This document shows positions 36,785 to 50,224 of a stretch of 64,000 nucleotides of DNA, piece by piece (the stretch's first letter is position 1; each line of letters begins with the position of its first letter). Made by a program: the position numbers and the translations under genes. The notes beneath the pieces are model-generated. The model saw nothing but the letters and a program-made list of their open reading frames with translations, was not told the DNA's origin and made no database searches. Source of the DNA: Macrostomum lignano (lineage: Eukaryota); NCBI GenBank assembly GCA_002269645.1, contig NIVC01002767.1:62001-126000 (forward strand), in the 5' to 3' direction.

Positions 36785-37330
36785 AGGACTGCTAATAGTT
36801 CTACTTGGACTGGATAACTGGCAGCCAAGGACTGCTTTAGTTCTACTTGGACTGGATAACTGGCAGCCAAGGACTGCTATAGTTATACTTGGACTGGATA
36901 ACTGGCAGCCAAGGACTGCTATAGTTCTACTTGGACTGGATAACTGGCAGCCAAGGACTGCTATAGTTCTACTTGGACTGGATAACTGGCAGCCAAGGAC
37001 TGCTATAGTTCTACTTGGACTGGATAACTGGCAGCCTAGGACTGCTAATAGTTCTACTTGGACTGGATAACTGGCAGCCAAGGACTGCTATAGTTATACT
37101 TGGACTGGATAACTGGCAGCCAAGGACTGCTATAGTTCTACTTGGACTGGATAACTGGCAGCCAAGGACTGCTATAGTTCAACTTGGACTGGAAAACTGG
37201 CAGCCAAAGACTGCTATAGTTCTACTTGGACTGGATAACTGGCAGCCAAGGACTGCTATAGTTCTACTTGGACTAGATAACTGGCAGCCAAGGACTGCTA
37301 AAGTTCTACTTGGACTGGATAACTGGCCAA
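36785..37330. repeat. 42-bp minisatellite (GGACTGCTATAGTTCTACTTGGACTGGATAACTGGCAGCCAA)
   Basis: Read directly; a related shorter GGACTGCT repeat lies at 36515-36670. Confidence 0.95.
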
Positions 37331-37620
37331 GGATGGATTTTTGTATAAACTAGAATAAAAAAAAAGCAGAACACGATCGCGAATAGCATATTAACAAATC
37401 CGCAACTACCAAAATACTCGTATATAAGCTTTTGTTTTAAACAATCTATTTATGGAATAAACAAATTTTAAAGTCAATTCTAGAGACAAGAATAAACGGT
37501 TTATAATTCGATAAACAGATCACTCTGCAACCAATATAATGAACTTAAATAAAAACAGGAGAAACAATCCATAGAATGTCCAGGCAAATGTTTATTTGCC
37601 AGGCAGTCAGCTGCCAAAGC

Positions 37621-40600
37621 TTAGAAGCTGGCCTCGAAAGCGGCTTTAGTCTTGCTGGGAGCCTCGGGAGTGACCACAGTCACCGGGGCGAACGGATTCT
37701 CGCTGGATTGTAGGTAATTCTGAAATTTTTAACAGATTAGATATATTGGAAGACTATATAAGGCTTTAATGCTATCAAATACGTCAGGATAGAACAGTCA
37801 GCTAAGCGATCTCACGTGAGCATAGCTCAGGGCGTTGCGACGCTCAGCCACGGAGGCCTCCTTGCCAACGTAAACGTAGACTTCGAATCCATTGTCAATG
37901 ATGAATACGTCCTTAAATATATAGAAGATTGTGTCATGCAGATTTGAAAAATCAACTGCGCACGATACTACTTACAACCCTGTTGAGTAAGTAGTGTGTA
38001 AAACCAATAACTTAAATAAAAAACTCACCTCTTCAGTGATGCCGCCGCGATCGAGTGACTCTGACTGAATCTGGTCGAACTGCAGATTGCCCGACTCGTC
38101 GGACAGTCTGTAAGACAAGGGTGAAAATTCGGGAGTGACAATTACAGAGTGACAATCCTGGAGTGAAAAATCGGGAGTGACAATTGCAGTCACAATCCTG
38201 GAGTGAAAAGTCGGGAGTGACAATCCTGGAGTGAAAAGTCAGGAGTGACAATTTCAGAGTGACAATCCTAGAGTGAAAAGTCGGGAGTGACAATTACAGA
38301 GTGACAATCCTGGAGTGAAAAATCGGGAGTGACAATTGCAGTCACAATCCTGGAGTGAAAAGTCGGGAGTGACAATCCTGGAGTGAAAAGTCAGGAGTGA
38401 CAATTGCAGAGTGACAATCCTAGAGTGAAAAGTCGGGAGTGACAACTGCAAAGTGACAATCCTGGAGTGAAAATTGCAGAGTGACAATCGAAAAAGCACT
38501 CGCCTGAGCATCCGCTTCTGTCCAGAGCGGCTCTGCTGCGATCCAAACGGGTTCGAGTCGGCCGGATCCGCCTCCTCTTCGGTAAGTGACGAGTAGAATT
38601 CGTGCTGAATTGAGCGAGTATTGATTTTCTAATTATAGTGAATTTGATTATTAGCAGCATTCATGGCTTTTTATGGCTCAAATTCACTCACATTGGGATC
38701 GGCGCTGTCCTCTTCAATGACCTCGCAGGACAGGCGTCCGTTCCGCTCGCTCTTGAGTCCCTGCAGGTACTGGGCAGCTTTGAACCGCTCGTTCTTATTG
38801 GCCCCGCTGCTGTTCCACTGGATGGCCCGGTCGCCAAGGTCGAGAATGTACACGTCGGTGTTGTCAAGCGATTTGCGCGACTTTGACACCTCCCAAACTA
38901 CGATGTTTTGGCGTTCGCCCTGATGTAGGGGTATGGGGTTTGCATTTTTAGATACGATAACGATACCAGTAAGGATCGAAAGTACCACAGACTTTAAGTA
39001 CTTTTGACTAAAATTACACCAGACTGAAAGTACATCAGACCAAAAGTACAATAGACGGAAAGTACATCAGACTAAAAGTACATCAGACTAAAATTACACC
39101 AGACTGAAAGTACATCAGACCAAAAGTACAATAGACGGAAAGTACATCAGACTAAAAGTACATCAGACTAAAAGTACACCAGACTAAAAGTACACCAGAC
39201 TAAAAGTACATGACTGGAAGTACACCAGACCAAAAGTACACCAGACTAAAGTACACAATACTGAAACTACATCCGACTGAAAATACACTTGATGTAACTA
39301 TATGCCACCTTAAAGTGCAGCAGCCTAGGCTTGTACTCGCGAGTTTTAACGCTGCGAAATCCGCTCGGACAGCCGCCGGCCAGGTAGGTGATCTCAGGAA
39401 AGTAGCTGCGCATCAGGCGACTCTCGTGGCCTTGAACCTCGCGGTGCTGCACAGGCAGGTCGTCTAGCAGAGTGTCCAGCTCCACAGTCTTGTAGGCGGC
39501 GGTGCCGTACTCATCAGCCGTGCTCTCCTTGCCAATCCAGAAGTGCACATCGTAGCAGAGCTTGTCCTGCTCCATATAGGCGTTCAGAATAATGTAGGAG
39601 TCGCCGCTATAGAATTTGCCGTACAATTCTTTGGGCCATTCGACAACTTTGAAGTTCTAGAAAAGGAAAAAGTAATAAAGTAAATATGAAATCACTATCC
39701 AACTGACTACTGAAAGTAACAGTTTGGGAAAGGCAAAGCAACGATTATATATTTTAGTTGAAACCGAACGGAACACCCCACTGAGGAGCATGACTGCAGT
39801 ACATCTCCAGGTTTAGAAATCCTGCTGCCACAGGCCGTTCCTCCATAGACAACGCAAAGTCTGGGGTTGGTAGAAAGGCCCTAATTCTAGGTGTCTAAAG
39901 CTTAATTAGGTCGCTATAAGCTCAAATGCCCGTGTTACGAGTAAAACCCGATAAAAATGACACCTTGGCCAAGAAGCATCCCAAGAGTCAGTTCCGTCGC
40001 CTCAGAGTCGTTGCAGGTCACACAGGTAAAATAGAAAAGAATTGACTCTAGAGACGACTTTAAAACGACGATATGTCACGGTACAAGTAGCCAAAAAGTC
40101 GTCAAAGAGTGCCTAAGAGTCAATTTAAGGAGTGCCTTATTGTCTGCGACTCTGGGGTATCTGAGGCGTGTTGGAGTCGCTGTAGAATCACTGAGTAGCA
40201 TCTAAAGCGCATCTGCGTCATTTTATGCATCAGCTAGCAGAATCGCATTTAGCATTCATCATGACAACTCTATTTAGTCTACTTCAGTTAGTAGACAGTT
40301 AAGCGCTAAAACTGGCGGCTCTTTTACGATTCTGAAACTCGCTTAATGCACTCGTGACTCAACAGTCCCTCTTTTTCGCATTTCAGCCGTTAAAAGTCAC
40401 AAGAATCGTCCCAGAATCGCTAGTAGTGAGTTGTTTTTCAACCCGTTGTTTTCAACGGGGAAAAACAGAAAGGGTTGCTTTATTAAATACTCGCCTCAAT
40501 TCGCCAGACGTACAGTTGAGGCCGCCTGTTCTCAAGTACTGGCGCCCAGGCCCGCTCCTTCTCGGCGGACTCCTCTGAAAAGTGCAAATTTCAAGTCACT

Positions 40601-40740
40601 GAAGCCTGTAGATTATATCACAGATCACAAAGGTTTTGTCACTGTGCCAAATATGTCTCACTTTTCACTTGTCTATCCAAATCTGAACCGAACAGGGCCA
40701 AATTGCTGTCCTTCCAATCGTACTGCTTAGCTTTCTGCAT
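37621..40740 (-). CDS. Three-domain gelsolin/severin-like actin-severing protein (about 369 aa, 8 exons)
   Basis: Exons 40740-40662, 40574-40495, 39656-39309, 38919-38692, 38604-38504, 38107-38029, 37911-37816, 37719-37621. MQKAKQYDWKDSNLALFGSD..YVWRIE|NFKVVEWPKELYGKFYSGDSYIIL..HFWIGKEST.DEYGTAAYKTVELD..QHREVQGHES. Two junctions need GC donors. Confidence 0.95.
38130..38490. repeat. Composite GAGTGACAATCCTGGAGTGAAAAGTCGG repeat in a gelsolin intron
   Basis: Read directly. Confidence 0.92.
38995..39260. repeat. About 16-bp repeat (AAAAGTACAYCAGACY)
   Basis: Read directly. Confidence 0.9.
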
Positions 40741-40899
40741 GATTATTAACTCATACTCAACTTATGCAACAGCTTTAGCTAGCAGGCTAGATTGAAGAGA
40801 ATTAGAATTCCAACACTGCACTATATATAGCTATTCGAGTTTCAAAGTTCAAGCCAGCGTGCGAGAGAGCCAGTGTGCGGCACTCCTACTCAACTCAGC

Positions 40900-41155
40900 T
40901 AGGAAATGGGGAGGAGGCCGGCGCTGCATGTTATTACAGGCACAATTGAAAAGCAACGACGGTGCACGGCCAGAGGGCGCTCAAGAAGTTCGCGACTTGG
41001 GGCTCTTCGATCTGGTTCTGCAAACTAGCAATGCTTTAGCGGAGCAGGTGCTACAGCCTAGCCTAGGAGGAGAGACAATACCATTTGCAGCGCTGCCATT
41101 TTGCAGAGCTGCATGTCGCACTGTGTATGAAATTGCAGAGCTCTTTGCGAGTTGA
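40900..41155 (+). mobile_element. Possible decayed non-LTR (CR1/L2-like) reverse-transcriptase fragment
   Basis: EVRDLGLFD..L resembles the VRDLGV motif near the end of LINE RT domains; single weak motif. Confidence 0.3.
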
Positions 41156-41264
41156 AAGAATAAGAAGAACTACGAAAGCCGCTTGTACCTCGTAAAACGG
41201 CTTGAAATGTAAAACTGCAGAATAATTCTGCCCCAGGCTCCTATTCCTCTGTCGTGCACCCTGC

Positions 41265-41885
<621 letters not shown>

Positions 41886-42501
41886 AATAACCTACAGTTA
41901 GCAGTTAAATAAAGCAACCAAGAGCAGCACGTCAGCAGATTTAAGCGTTTTAATTCATCAATAAAAATCAAGCACTAAAATTAACAGATGCGCTGGAGGC
42001 ATTCAATTAGCTGAATAACTTAATGCAATTAGGTGGCAAAATTGTTCGGCAACCTTTAATTACTGGTAACCACCGAGTTATTACCGGTAGAAAGCGCAAA
42101 AATGGCTTGGTTAAGTGTCTACTGTTATGAACTGCATTGAACACAGCGGTGCACTGTATCAAACATCTTTAAAACTAGTTAATCGGACTCAAAAAACAAG
42201 GCAAATAACATCGTAATTGCATCATAATTGTACTCGTAATATAATATGCTATCGAAATGCGCTGCTATGAAATCTGTCAAATAATGCAGTTAAATAATCA
42301 ACGATAAAATACGCTAAACAGGCTAAAATATCGGTCCGCAAGAACTATATTGTTTAATAAAACAATCCAATTTTCACTAACAATAGGGCGGGCAGCGGTG
42401 CCCCTCTGACAAAATAGAGAAATTAGACAGTTTGCAAAAATAATGTGAGAAGCAACAGTACTAAAAGATTGGCATGAAAGCTACAGCTAAGCATGGGGGG
42501 C

Positions 42502-42580
42502 GTAGCCAGACTCTCTGATGTGCCAGAATCCGAGGCTCGATTTCAAGTGCAGTCGCATTAATTTGGGACTAAATTGAATT
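42502..42580 (+). mobile_element. tRNA-derived SINE-like fragment, family B, second copy
   Basis: GTAGCCAGA..GATGTGCCA..AGGCTCGATTTCAAGTGCAGTCGCATTAATTT, shared with 9868-9960. Confidence 0.5.
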
Positions 42581-42746
42581 GTCCCGACTTGGCTCTGCTC
42601 GTGCAATTAACACCCTTGAGGGCCAACCCCCCCCCCCAGACACAGTGAGGTGTACATGCCTAAGGATGAGCGTACACTCCCCTGCCTCTAGTAAAAAATA
42701 CAGCTAAGCATAATGAAAGATAGGTGTGCTACCGGTACGTGTCATG

Positions 42747-45153
42747 TCACGTGGCGTGCCTTAACGGCATCAGGAAGGTGGCAAAGTGCTCGTACACCAC
42801 GAAGGTGATGCAGCAGGCCGGAGTCACTCTCAGCAGGGTTGGCAGCAAGCCTTTGTAGAAGCCGCGCCAGCCTTCAACGGCTAGAAGGTCGCGGCAGACG
42901 CGGAGGGCGCCGCGCGACTCCCTGTGCTGCTCCTGCAGGCGGGACCTGACCACCTGGTAGGGATAAGTGGTGGCCGCGGCCACAATCTTGGAGAGGGCGG
43001 CGCAGCCCAGGTACACTAGGGTGGGCAGCTTGGCGTTCGCGGCCAGCTGATAGGCGGATGTGTACTGGTTCTTCATCTTCTCGTACACCAGAAACTGGAT
43101 GGCGCCGTGGGAGACGCCGAACAGGCCGGGCAAGTAGCCCTGGTTGAGTGAGGCAACGCAGAAGTTTGCGTACGTCAGGATTCAAAGTCTAGGATATTCG
43201 ACAACCCGGAATTATTGATAGATATCTGCTAACATACTCCGATAGATAAATTTATATGCCAACTACGAGCTACCCTATTAATCTATCTACCAACTAACCC
43301 ACTAATCTATTTACCAATAAACCCACTAATCTACCGATTAACCTACTAATCTATCTACCAATCAACCTACTAATATATCTATTGTACCATTTAACCCACT
43401 AATCTATCTATTGTACCAATTAACCTACTAATCTATCTACCAACTAACCCACTAATCTATCTACCAATTAACCTACTTATCTACCAATTAATCTACTAAT
43501 CTATCTACCAATTAACCTACTTATCTACCAATTAATCTACTAATCTATCTACTAATTAACCTACTCATCTATCTACCAATTAACCTACTCATCTATCTAC
43601 CAATTAACCTACTTATCTATCTACCAATCAACCTACTAATCTATCTATTGTACCATTTAACCCACTAATCTATCTATTGTACCAATTAACCCACTAATCT
43701 ATCTACCAATTAGCCTACTTATCTACCAATTAATCTACTAATCTATCTACCAATTAACCTACTTATCTACCAATTAATCTACTAATCTATCTACTAATTA
43801 ACCTACTCATCTATCTACCAATTAACCTACTCATCTATCTACCAATTAACCTACTAATCGATCTACTTTATTTACCTACTAATCGATCTACCAGTGAACC
43901 TACTAATCTATCTACCAATTAACCTACTTATCTACCAATTAATCTACTAATCTATCTACTAATTAACCTACTCATCTATCTACCAATTAACATTCTCATC
44001 TATCTACCAATTAACCTACTTATCTATCTACCAATCAACCTACTAATCTATCTATTGTACCATTTAACCCACTAATCTATCTATTGTACCAATTAACGTA
44101 CTAATCTATCTACCAATTAACCTACTAATTTATCTAACAATTAACCTAATCATCTATCTACCAAATAACCTACTAATCGATCTACTTTATTTACCTACTA
44201 ATCGATCTACCAGTGAACCTACTAATCAATCTACCAATTAACCTACCAATCTATCTACCATTTAACCTACTAATCGATCTACTAATTAACCTACATATCG
44301 ATCTACTAATAAACCTACTAATCTGTCTATCAACTAACCTATCAACCAAACAATATATCAACTTAGAAGTCAATAATAATCAAAGCTAAATGCCGCAGTC
44401 TCCCAAGACTCCCTCCCACCTTGTACAGCCCGGGCAGACCCTCCAGCCGGGCGATGCTGTACAGAGCGTGCAGCATGCCCCTGTAGCGATGCGCCGCTAC
44501 CGAGGCGTCAGATCCCAGGCCGTACTGCAGGCACAGCCGGGTCTTGCACACCCAGATAGGGTTGGTGAACATCAGCGTGACCGCGCCGGACGCCGCTGCC
44601 GCTCCCATCAAGTGTCCGGCTGGCAGACGGGCTGTCCGGTCGCCGCCCTGCAGCTGCACCTTGGCGGCCTCGTAGAACAGGAAGTACAGACCCCAGCTGG
44701 CGCCCGCGCCCCACAGGTTCGGCACCACCCCGGCGTACAGGCCTGTCAGGCCCTGCGTCCGGTAGATGCTGGACAGCGCGTGCATCAGGCCGCGGTACAC
44801 CGGCCGGGAGCTGGGACGGCCGCTGGCGCCGACTCCTTCGTCCACCTGGTTGGGGTGGGGGTGGTGAGTCATTGGGGATCAGAGACTTCCGCATCGACTA
44901 ATTCTATTGAGCACTACTGGTTGTATCTCTATGTAGTAATTCATTGGGATACCTTCGCTACCTGATACTTGAGAACTCTTGAAAGCTTGAGAACTCTCAC
45001 CTGGAAGCGAATCTTGACCAGGTCAAGCGGGTGCAAGGCCAGTGTGGACAGCAGGCCGCCAGCCACGCCGGCCGCCATGTTCTCCCAGTGCACGTTGCTT
45101 AGCAACTGACGCTGCCAGCTGTCGGAGCCGTTGCTACTGCTGCCCGACTGCAT
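42747..45153 (-). CDS. SLC25A32: Mitochondrial folate/FAD carrier (about 323 aa, 3 exons)
   Basis: Exons 45153-45001, 44845-44420, 43139-42747 (phase 0). Three carrier signatures: HPLDLVKIRFQ, NPIWVCKTRLCLQ, YPYQVVRSRLQEQH. WENMAAGVAGG, GASWGLYFLFYE and VSHGAIQFLVYE are typical of SLC25A32. Confidence 0.93.
43260..44345. repeat. Degenerate about 24-bp repeat (CTATCTACCAATTAACCTACTAAT)
   Basis: Read directly; SLC25A32 intron 2. Confidence 0.93.
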
Positions 45154-45194
45154 TGTGAGCAGGAAAAGCAAGAGTCATATTGGCCAGAGGCTCA

Positions 45195-45960
45195 TGAGGA
45201 AATTCTCTTCAGTTGATCCAGTGCTCATGGGAGATTTTCCCTCTGTTGATCCAGGGCTCATGGGAGATTTTCCCTCTGTTGATCCAGGGCTCATGGGAGA
45301 TTTTCCCTCTGTTGATCCAGTGCTCATGGGAGATTTTCCCTCTGTTGATCCATGGCTCATGAGGAGAATTTGGTTGATCCAGGGCTGATAGGGGGGATTT
45401 ACCTCAGTTGATCCAGGGCTCATAGGGGGAATTATGCTTAGTTGATCCAGAGCTTATGGGGGGAATTTCGCTTGGTTGATCCAGGGCTGATAGGGGGGAT
45501 TTACCTCAGTTGATCCAGGGCTCATAGGGAGGATTTCCCTTAGTTGATCCAGGGCTCATAGGGGGGAATTATGCTTGGATGATCCAGGGCTCATGGGGGG
45601 AATTTCCCTTAGTTGATCCAGGGCTCATGGGGGAATTTCTCTTAGTTGATCCAGGGCTTATGGGGGGAATTTCGCTTGGATGATCCAGGGCTCAAAGGGG
45701 GGATTTCCCTTAGTTGATCCAGGGCTCATAGGGGGAATTATGCTTGGATGATCCAGGGCTCATGGGGGGAATTTCCCTTAGTTGATCCAGGGCTCATGGG
45801 GGAATTTCCCTTAGTTGATCCAGGGCTTATGGGGGGAATTTCGCTTGGATGATCCAGGGCTCAAAGGGGGGATTTCCCTTAGTTGATTGAGGGCTCATGG
45901 GGGGAATTTCCCCAGTTGATTTAGGGCTCCCGAGGGGAATTTCCCCAGTTGATCTAGGAG
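45195..45960. repeat. 36-38-bp minisatellite (GTTGATCCAGGGCTCATGGG..)
   Basis: Read directly. Confidence 0.93.
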
Positions 45961-46302
45961 TCCAGCTATTGAAACTGACCCTGTGCGATATTTAGATTAA
46001 GGTTTAGTTATATACCTGTAGAAATTCTAAAAACTCAAAGCCAAAGGCTGTGGCAGAACCAATAAGAAAAGACACGCAAATCTGCTTTGCTCGGACGCCA
46101 TAAATCAATCAATTGATTTATTATCTGAATACAGATATATAGCGTGTTACACGAGACAATTAAATGCCACTTGAGATGTTTAAACATTGTAGCGTATGCA
46201 GAGTTAATTCTAGAATCGCGACTAAAACTAAACAGATTTCAAATTTTTTGCAACATATACTACTGATTGTAATAAGAACCAGCATTAGAGTCCTTCATTT
46301 GA

Positions 46303-47267
46303 TTAATAAGTTGACTCGTCCAACTGCACGTCGAAGCTGATGTCGACCATTTCCTCTTCTTCAACCGGTTTCAACCAGTTCAGCCGCAGGTTGGCCTGCC
46401 TGTTGGTGCGCGCCTCAGCGTCGGCTGCGGCATTGGCGCCCTCCGCCTGGCTGTCCGCCGGGCCGCGCCGCTCCTGATAAAATATTATAGCCGACATGTC
46501 GATCCGAGAGCCGACGGACACGTAGGGCAGGTAGCTGGGCAGGTTGACCCCGCCGCCAAATACATAGTGATTGACAGTTGACTCGGCCCAGCGCCAGCTG
46601 CCGCCCGGGTTCACCTTTCTGTAGAGCTTCTTTGTGCACAGAATGAACCGGCAGCCCCGGTTGTTGGCTTGGAATATCTGCCAATTGGATGGGGAGGGGC
46701 TGTTGGAGCATGGACCACTGGGAGTAAAATGGACTGAATACAAATGCAAGGACTACTGAGAGTAGAATGGATTGGACGCTTGAATGCAAGGACCACTGCG
46801 AGTAGAATGGACTGGACACTTGATTGCAAGGACCACTGCGAGTATGATGGACTAGACACAAATACAAGGACCACTGCGAGTATGATGGACTAGACACAAA
46901 TGCAAGGACCACTGCGAGTATGGACTGGACACTTATATGCAAGGACCACTGCGAGTATGATGGACTGGAAACTTGAATTCAAGGAATCAAGGATTCAAGA
47001 AATTTAAACAATTGAGATAATAATTCTATCCATGAAAACCGAATGCGTTACCTTGGTAACGGTACCCCGCAGCCTAATTTCGTTATAGTCGCGCGGAGCG
47101 GCGGCCCGAAGCTCGCCGCCTTCGCTTCCAGGCTGTCGTCTACTGCGATTATCGCTGTAGTTCTTGCCATCCCAAGTGTACAAGCCGGCTGTGAGTAGCT
47201 GAAGCCGCTGAGGCTGCTGCTGCTGAAGTAGCTGACGGGCGATTGACTTGTAAGCCGCTGAGAGCAT
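46303..47267 (-). CDS. Divergent mitochondrial SSB-like OB-fold protein A (196 aa, 2 exons)
   Basis: Exons 47267-47052 and 46677-46303 (phase 0). Presequence-like N-terminus. YNEIRLRGTVTK|IF..RFILCT..TVNHYVF..YVSVGSRIDMSAIIFYQ parallels SSBP1 LNRVHLLGRVG..FSLAT..TWHRISVF..YVKKGSRIYLEGKIDY. Confidence 0.72.
46700..46975. repeat. About 34-bp tandem repeat in the SSB-like A intron
   Basis: GCAAGGACCACTGCGAGTA..TGGACT units. Confidence 0.88.
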
Positions 47268-47369
47268 GGCACTTGCGTGCGAGCGTGTCTACATGCAGTA
47301 GAGAGTCGTGCAGACAATGCGATTTTTTAAGGATAGGGATCAATCAATTATTGTCTATACCTCACTTGT

Positions 47370-48160
47370 TGGCCCCTCGGTGAGCTGCCCGCTACCCACT
47401 GCTGCTGATCCTCCAGTGAGCTGCCCGCTACCCCCTGCTGATGATCCTTCAGTGAGCTGCCCGCTACCCCCTGCTGCTGATCCTCCAGTGAGCTGCCCGC
47501 TACCCCCTGCTGCTGATCCTTCAGTGAGCTGCCCGCTACCCCCTGCTGCTGATCCTTCAGTGAGCTGCCCGCTACCCCCTGCTGCTGATCCTCCAGTGAG
47601 CTGCCCGCTACCCCCTGCTGCTGATCCTTCAGTGAGCTGCCCGCTACCCCCTGCTGCTGATCCTTCAGTGAGCTGCCCGCTACCCCCTGCTGCTGATCCT
47701 TCAGTGAGCTGCGCGCTACCCCCTGCTGCTGATCCTTCAGTGAGCTGCCCGCTACCCCCTGCTGCTGATCCTTCAGTGAGCTGCCCGCTACCCCCTGCTG
47801 CTGAGCTGCCCGCTACCCCCTGCTGCTGAGCTGCCCGCTACCCCCTGCTGCTGAGCTGCCCGCTACCCCCTGCTGCTGATCCTTCAGTGAGCTGCCCGCT
47901 ACCCCCTGCTGCTGAGCTGCCCGCTACCCCTGCTGCTGATCCTTCAGTGAGCTGCCCGCTACCCCCTGCTGCTGAGCTGCCCGCTACCCCCTGCTGCTGA
48001 GCTGCCCGCTACCCCCTGCTGCTGAGCTGCCCGCTACCCCCTGCTGCTGAGCTGCCCGCTACCCCCTGCTGCTGATCCTTCAGTGAGCTGCCTGCTACCC
48101 CCTGCTGCTGATATCCTCCAGTGAGCCCGCTCCCCCCGCTGCTGATCCTCCAGTGGTCCT
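47370..48160. repeat. 36-bp minisatellite with 21-bp deletion variant
   Basis: GAGCTGCCCGCTACCCCCTGCTGCT(GATCCTTCAGT) units. Confidence 0.95.
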
Positions 48161-48474
48161 CAGAAAAGAAATAGATTATAAAGCAATTATAAAACAAACG
48201 CAGTTATTCTAACTAAAAAGCCTGTGCAATGCAACAGTTATATATTAATAGATCAATATATACGAGGCCAATATAACAATATTTTTGCATGACTCCAGGC
48301 GGGTAAAGTTTGAAGAAATGCTCGCCAATATTGTTTTTCTTATAAGTAGTATTGAAGCATCTTGTTGTTCTTATTTTTATACGCGTCGAAATTTGAAACC
48401 TACGTAATCATCAGGCTTAGATTAAACACTCCCCTCCTTAGTAAAACAAAACAATTCATCGAAATGCGACCGCA

Positions 48475-49296
48475 TCAGTTGCCCTCGGCTGGCTCCGACC
48501 AGGGGTCCCGATCATCCGCGGCCCGACCGCCCGATCGACTGGAGCGGTCAGAGCCGCCGCGCCTGCCTTCGCCAGAGTCGTCGCCATCGTCCCAGCTGTC
48601 GCGATCGCGGCGCTGCCTCCACTGCCGCTGCGGCTGGCGCTGGTCAGCAAAGGAGCCGCCAACACCCGAATTGGCGATGGGGGCGAGTCGGGTCATGCGA
48701 ATCACCGGCTCGAACTGCGGCCGGTCAGGCTGCTGCTGCTGCTGCCCATCGACGGCGTTGGTGGCTTCGTCGCCAGCCGGCCGACGAACAAACCGATTAG
48801 CCAGGTGGCCGACCACCTCGACCCGGCTGCCCGGGTACAGGTGCTGCTGCCAGTCCGGCTCGCCAGCCTCAGCGGAGCCGCCGCCTTCGAACTCGCCATC
48901 GGCCAGGCCGGCTGACCTGCCGGGGCCGGCGGTCCGCGCGATCACCAGGTGGGAGATTCGCTCCTGCCGGACCTGCGGCTGCTGGTCGCTGCCGGGCTCC
49001 GCCGGCCGGACCAGGCGCTGGTTCTGAGTTGACAGCAGGAACGAGGCCCACTGGGCGCTCAAATTCAGCACCTTGGAGACTCGGCCGACTAGACGAACTT
49101 CGTTGAAGTCCAAGGCTACTCGACGGATATTCTGCTGAGGCTGCTGGGGCGGCGAGGAGCTGTCTGCTGCGTCAGACGCGGCGACGTGGAACCGCGCAGA
49201 GGAGCTGGAGAAGGCAGCTCGCCTGAGCAGGCCGGCCAAGGGAGCGGCGAGGCGGCTGCAGCCAACCGGGAGGGTGCAGAGGCGCAGGGGTGCCAT
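48475..49296 (-). CDS. Divergent mitochondrial SSB-like OB-fold protein B (273 aa, single exon)
   Basis: Arg/Ala/Leu/Ser-rich presequence; FNEVRLVGRV..ASFLLSTQ..SHLVI..HLYPGSRVEVVGHL; R/D/G-rich acidic-basic tail. Confidence 0.78.
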   Translation of the reverse strand: MAPLRLCTLPVGCSRLAAPLAGLLRRAAFSSSSARFHVAASDAADSSSPPQQPQQNIRRVALDFNEVRLVGRVSKVLNLSAQWASFLLSTQNQRLVRPAEPGSDQQPQVRQERISHLVIARTAGPGRSAGLADGEFEGGGSAEAGEPDWQQHLYPGSRVEVVGHLANRFVRRPAGDEATNAVDGQQQQQPDRPQFEPVIRMTRLAPIANSGVGGSFADQRQPQRQWRQRRDRDSWDDGDDSGEGRRGGSDRSSRSGGRAADDRDPWSEPAEGN

Positions 49297-49594
49297 GAGA
49301 TTGGATTGGGCAGTGAAAGGCTCAGGAGCTCATTGTGGCGGCAGCAACCAATTTTTTTGCACCTATATTTTAACTTACTGTGTTGCACTATATCAAACTT
49401 ATTTTAAAAAGAGAGAAGAACAGAGTGAACGGGCATCGGCCTAATTGGCTAATTTTGTTAAAAATGGTTCTATAAGAGAACGCATGTTTCACCAAAAATT
49501 AGATAGTTGCTAATTAGATAGGTTTACATACAACTTTAGAAGTGGTAGTAGTTCGTCACATAGGATTTTCAAAAAATATTTTATTATTTGAGTC

Positions 49595-49670
49595 TCTTTG
49601 GTAGTAGTAGTACTAGTAGTAGTAATATTAGCAGTAGTAGTAGTAGTATAAGTAATAGTAGTAGTACAAG
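49595..49670. repeat. Degenerate (TAG)n microsatellite
   Basis: Read directly. Confidence 0.8.
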
Positions 49671-50224
49671 CCTTATTAGTTATGAATTTGTAAGCTAAAA
49701 ATCTAAACTCAAGAAACGCCATCCTAACATACGTAGCACTATATATTTTAAGCCGCCACTAGAGAAATCCATAGAGTTACTCGTAACTGGAAAACTGAAT
49801 TGAAATTAAAAATGATGAAAAATCAAACAACACAAGTGTTAAGTTAGCGAGAGTTCAGCTTGTACTTTCAACGCTTTTTTTGGCTGTCAACATCAATATG
49901 TACCAGACACCAGCGGGAACTTACAATCAGCAACTTTATACAAAAATATTGAACAGAAAGAGGGCGGGAGAAGCATTAAAAATTAACCAACGTAAGATCT
50001 GCGTAGCTTTAGGAAACGCCTAGAGGGATGCAAAAAAACCAAGCGAAGAAAAAAATTGGGAAGAATTAAAAGGCTCGAGAATATTCCAAGAAATGTTCCT
50101 TAATCCTACCAACTGTTTTACTGCCAACTAATTTAAAGTCAAGCAATAAAGATATGCATTACAAAGGTTTAAAGTTACTTGTAAATGAATGAAGGCACAG
50201 TGCATATCGTAGACTCGGAATTCC

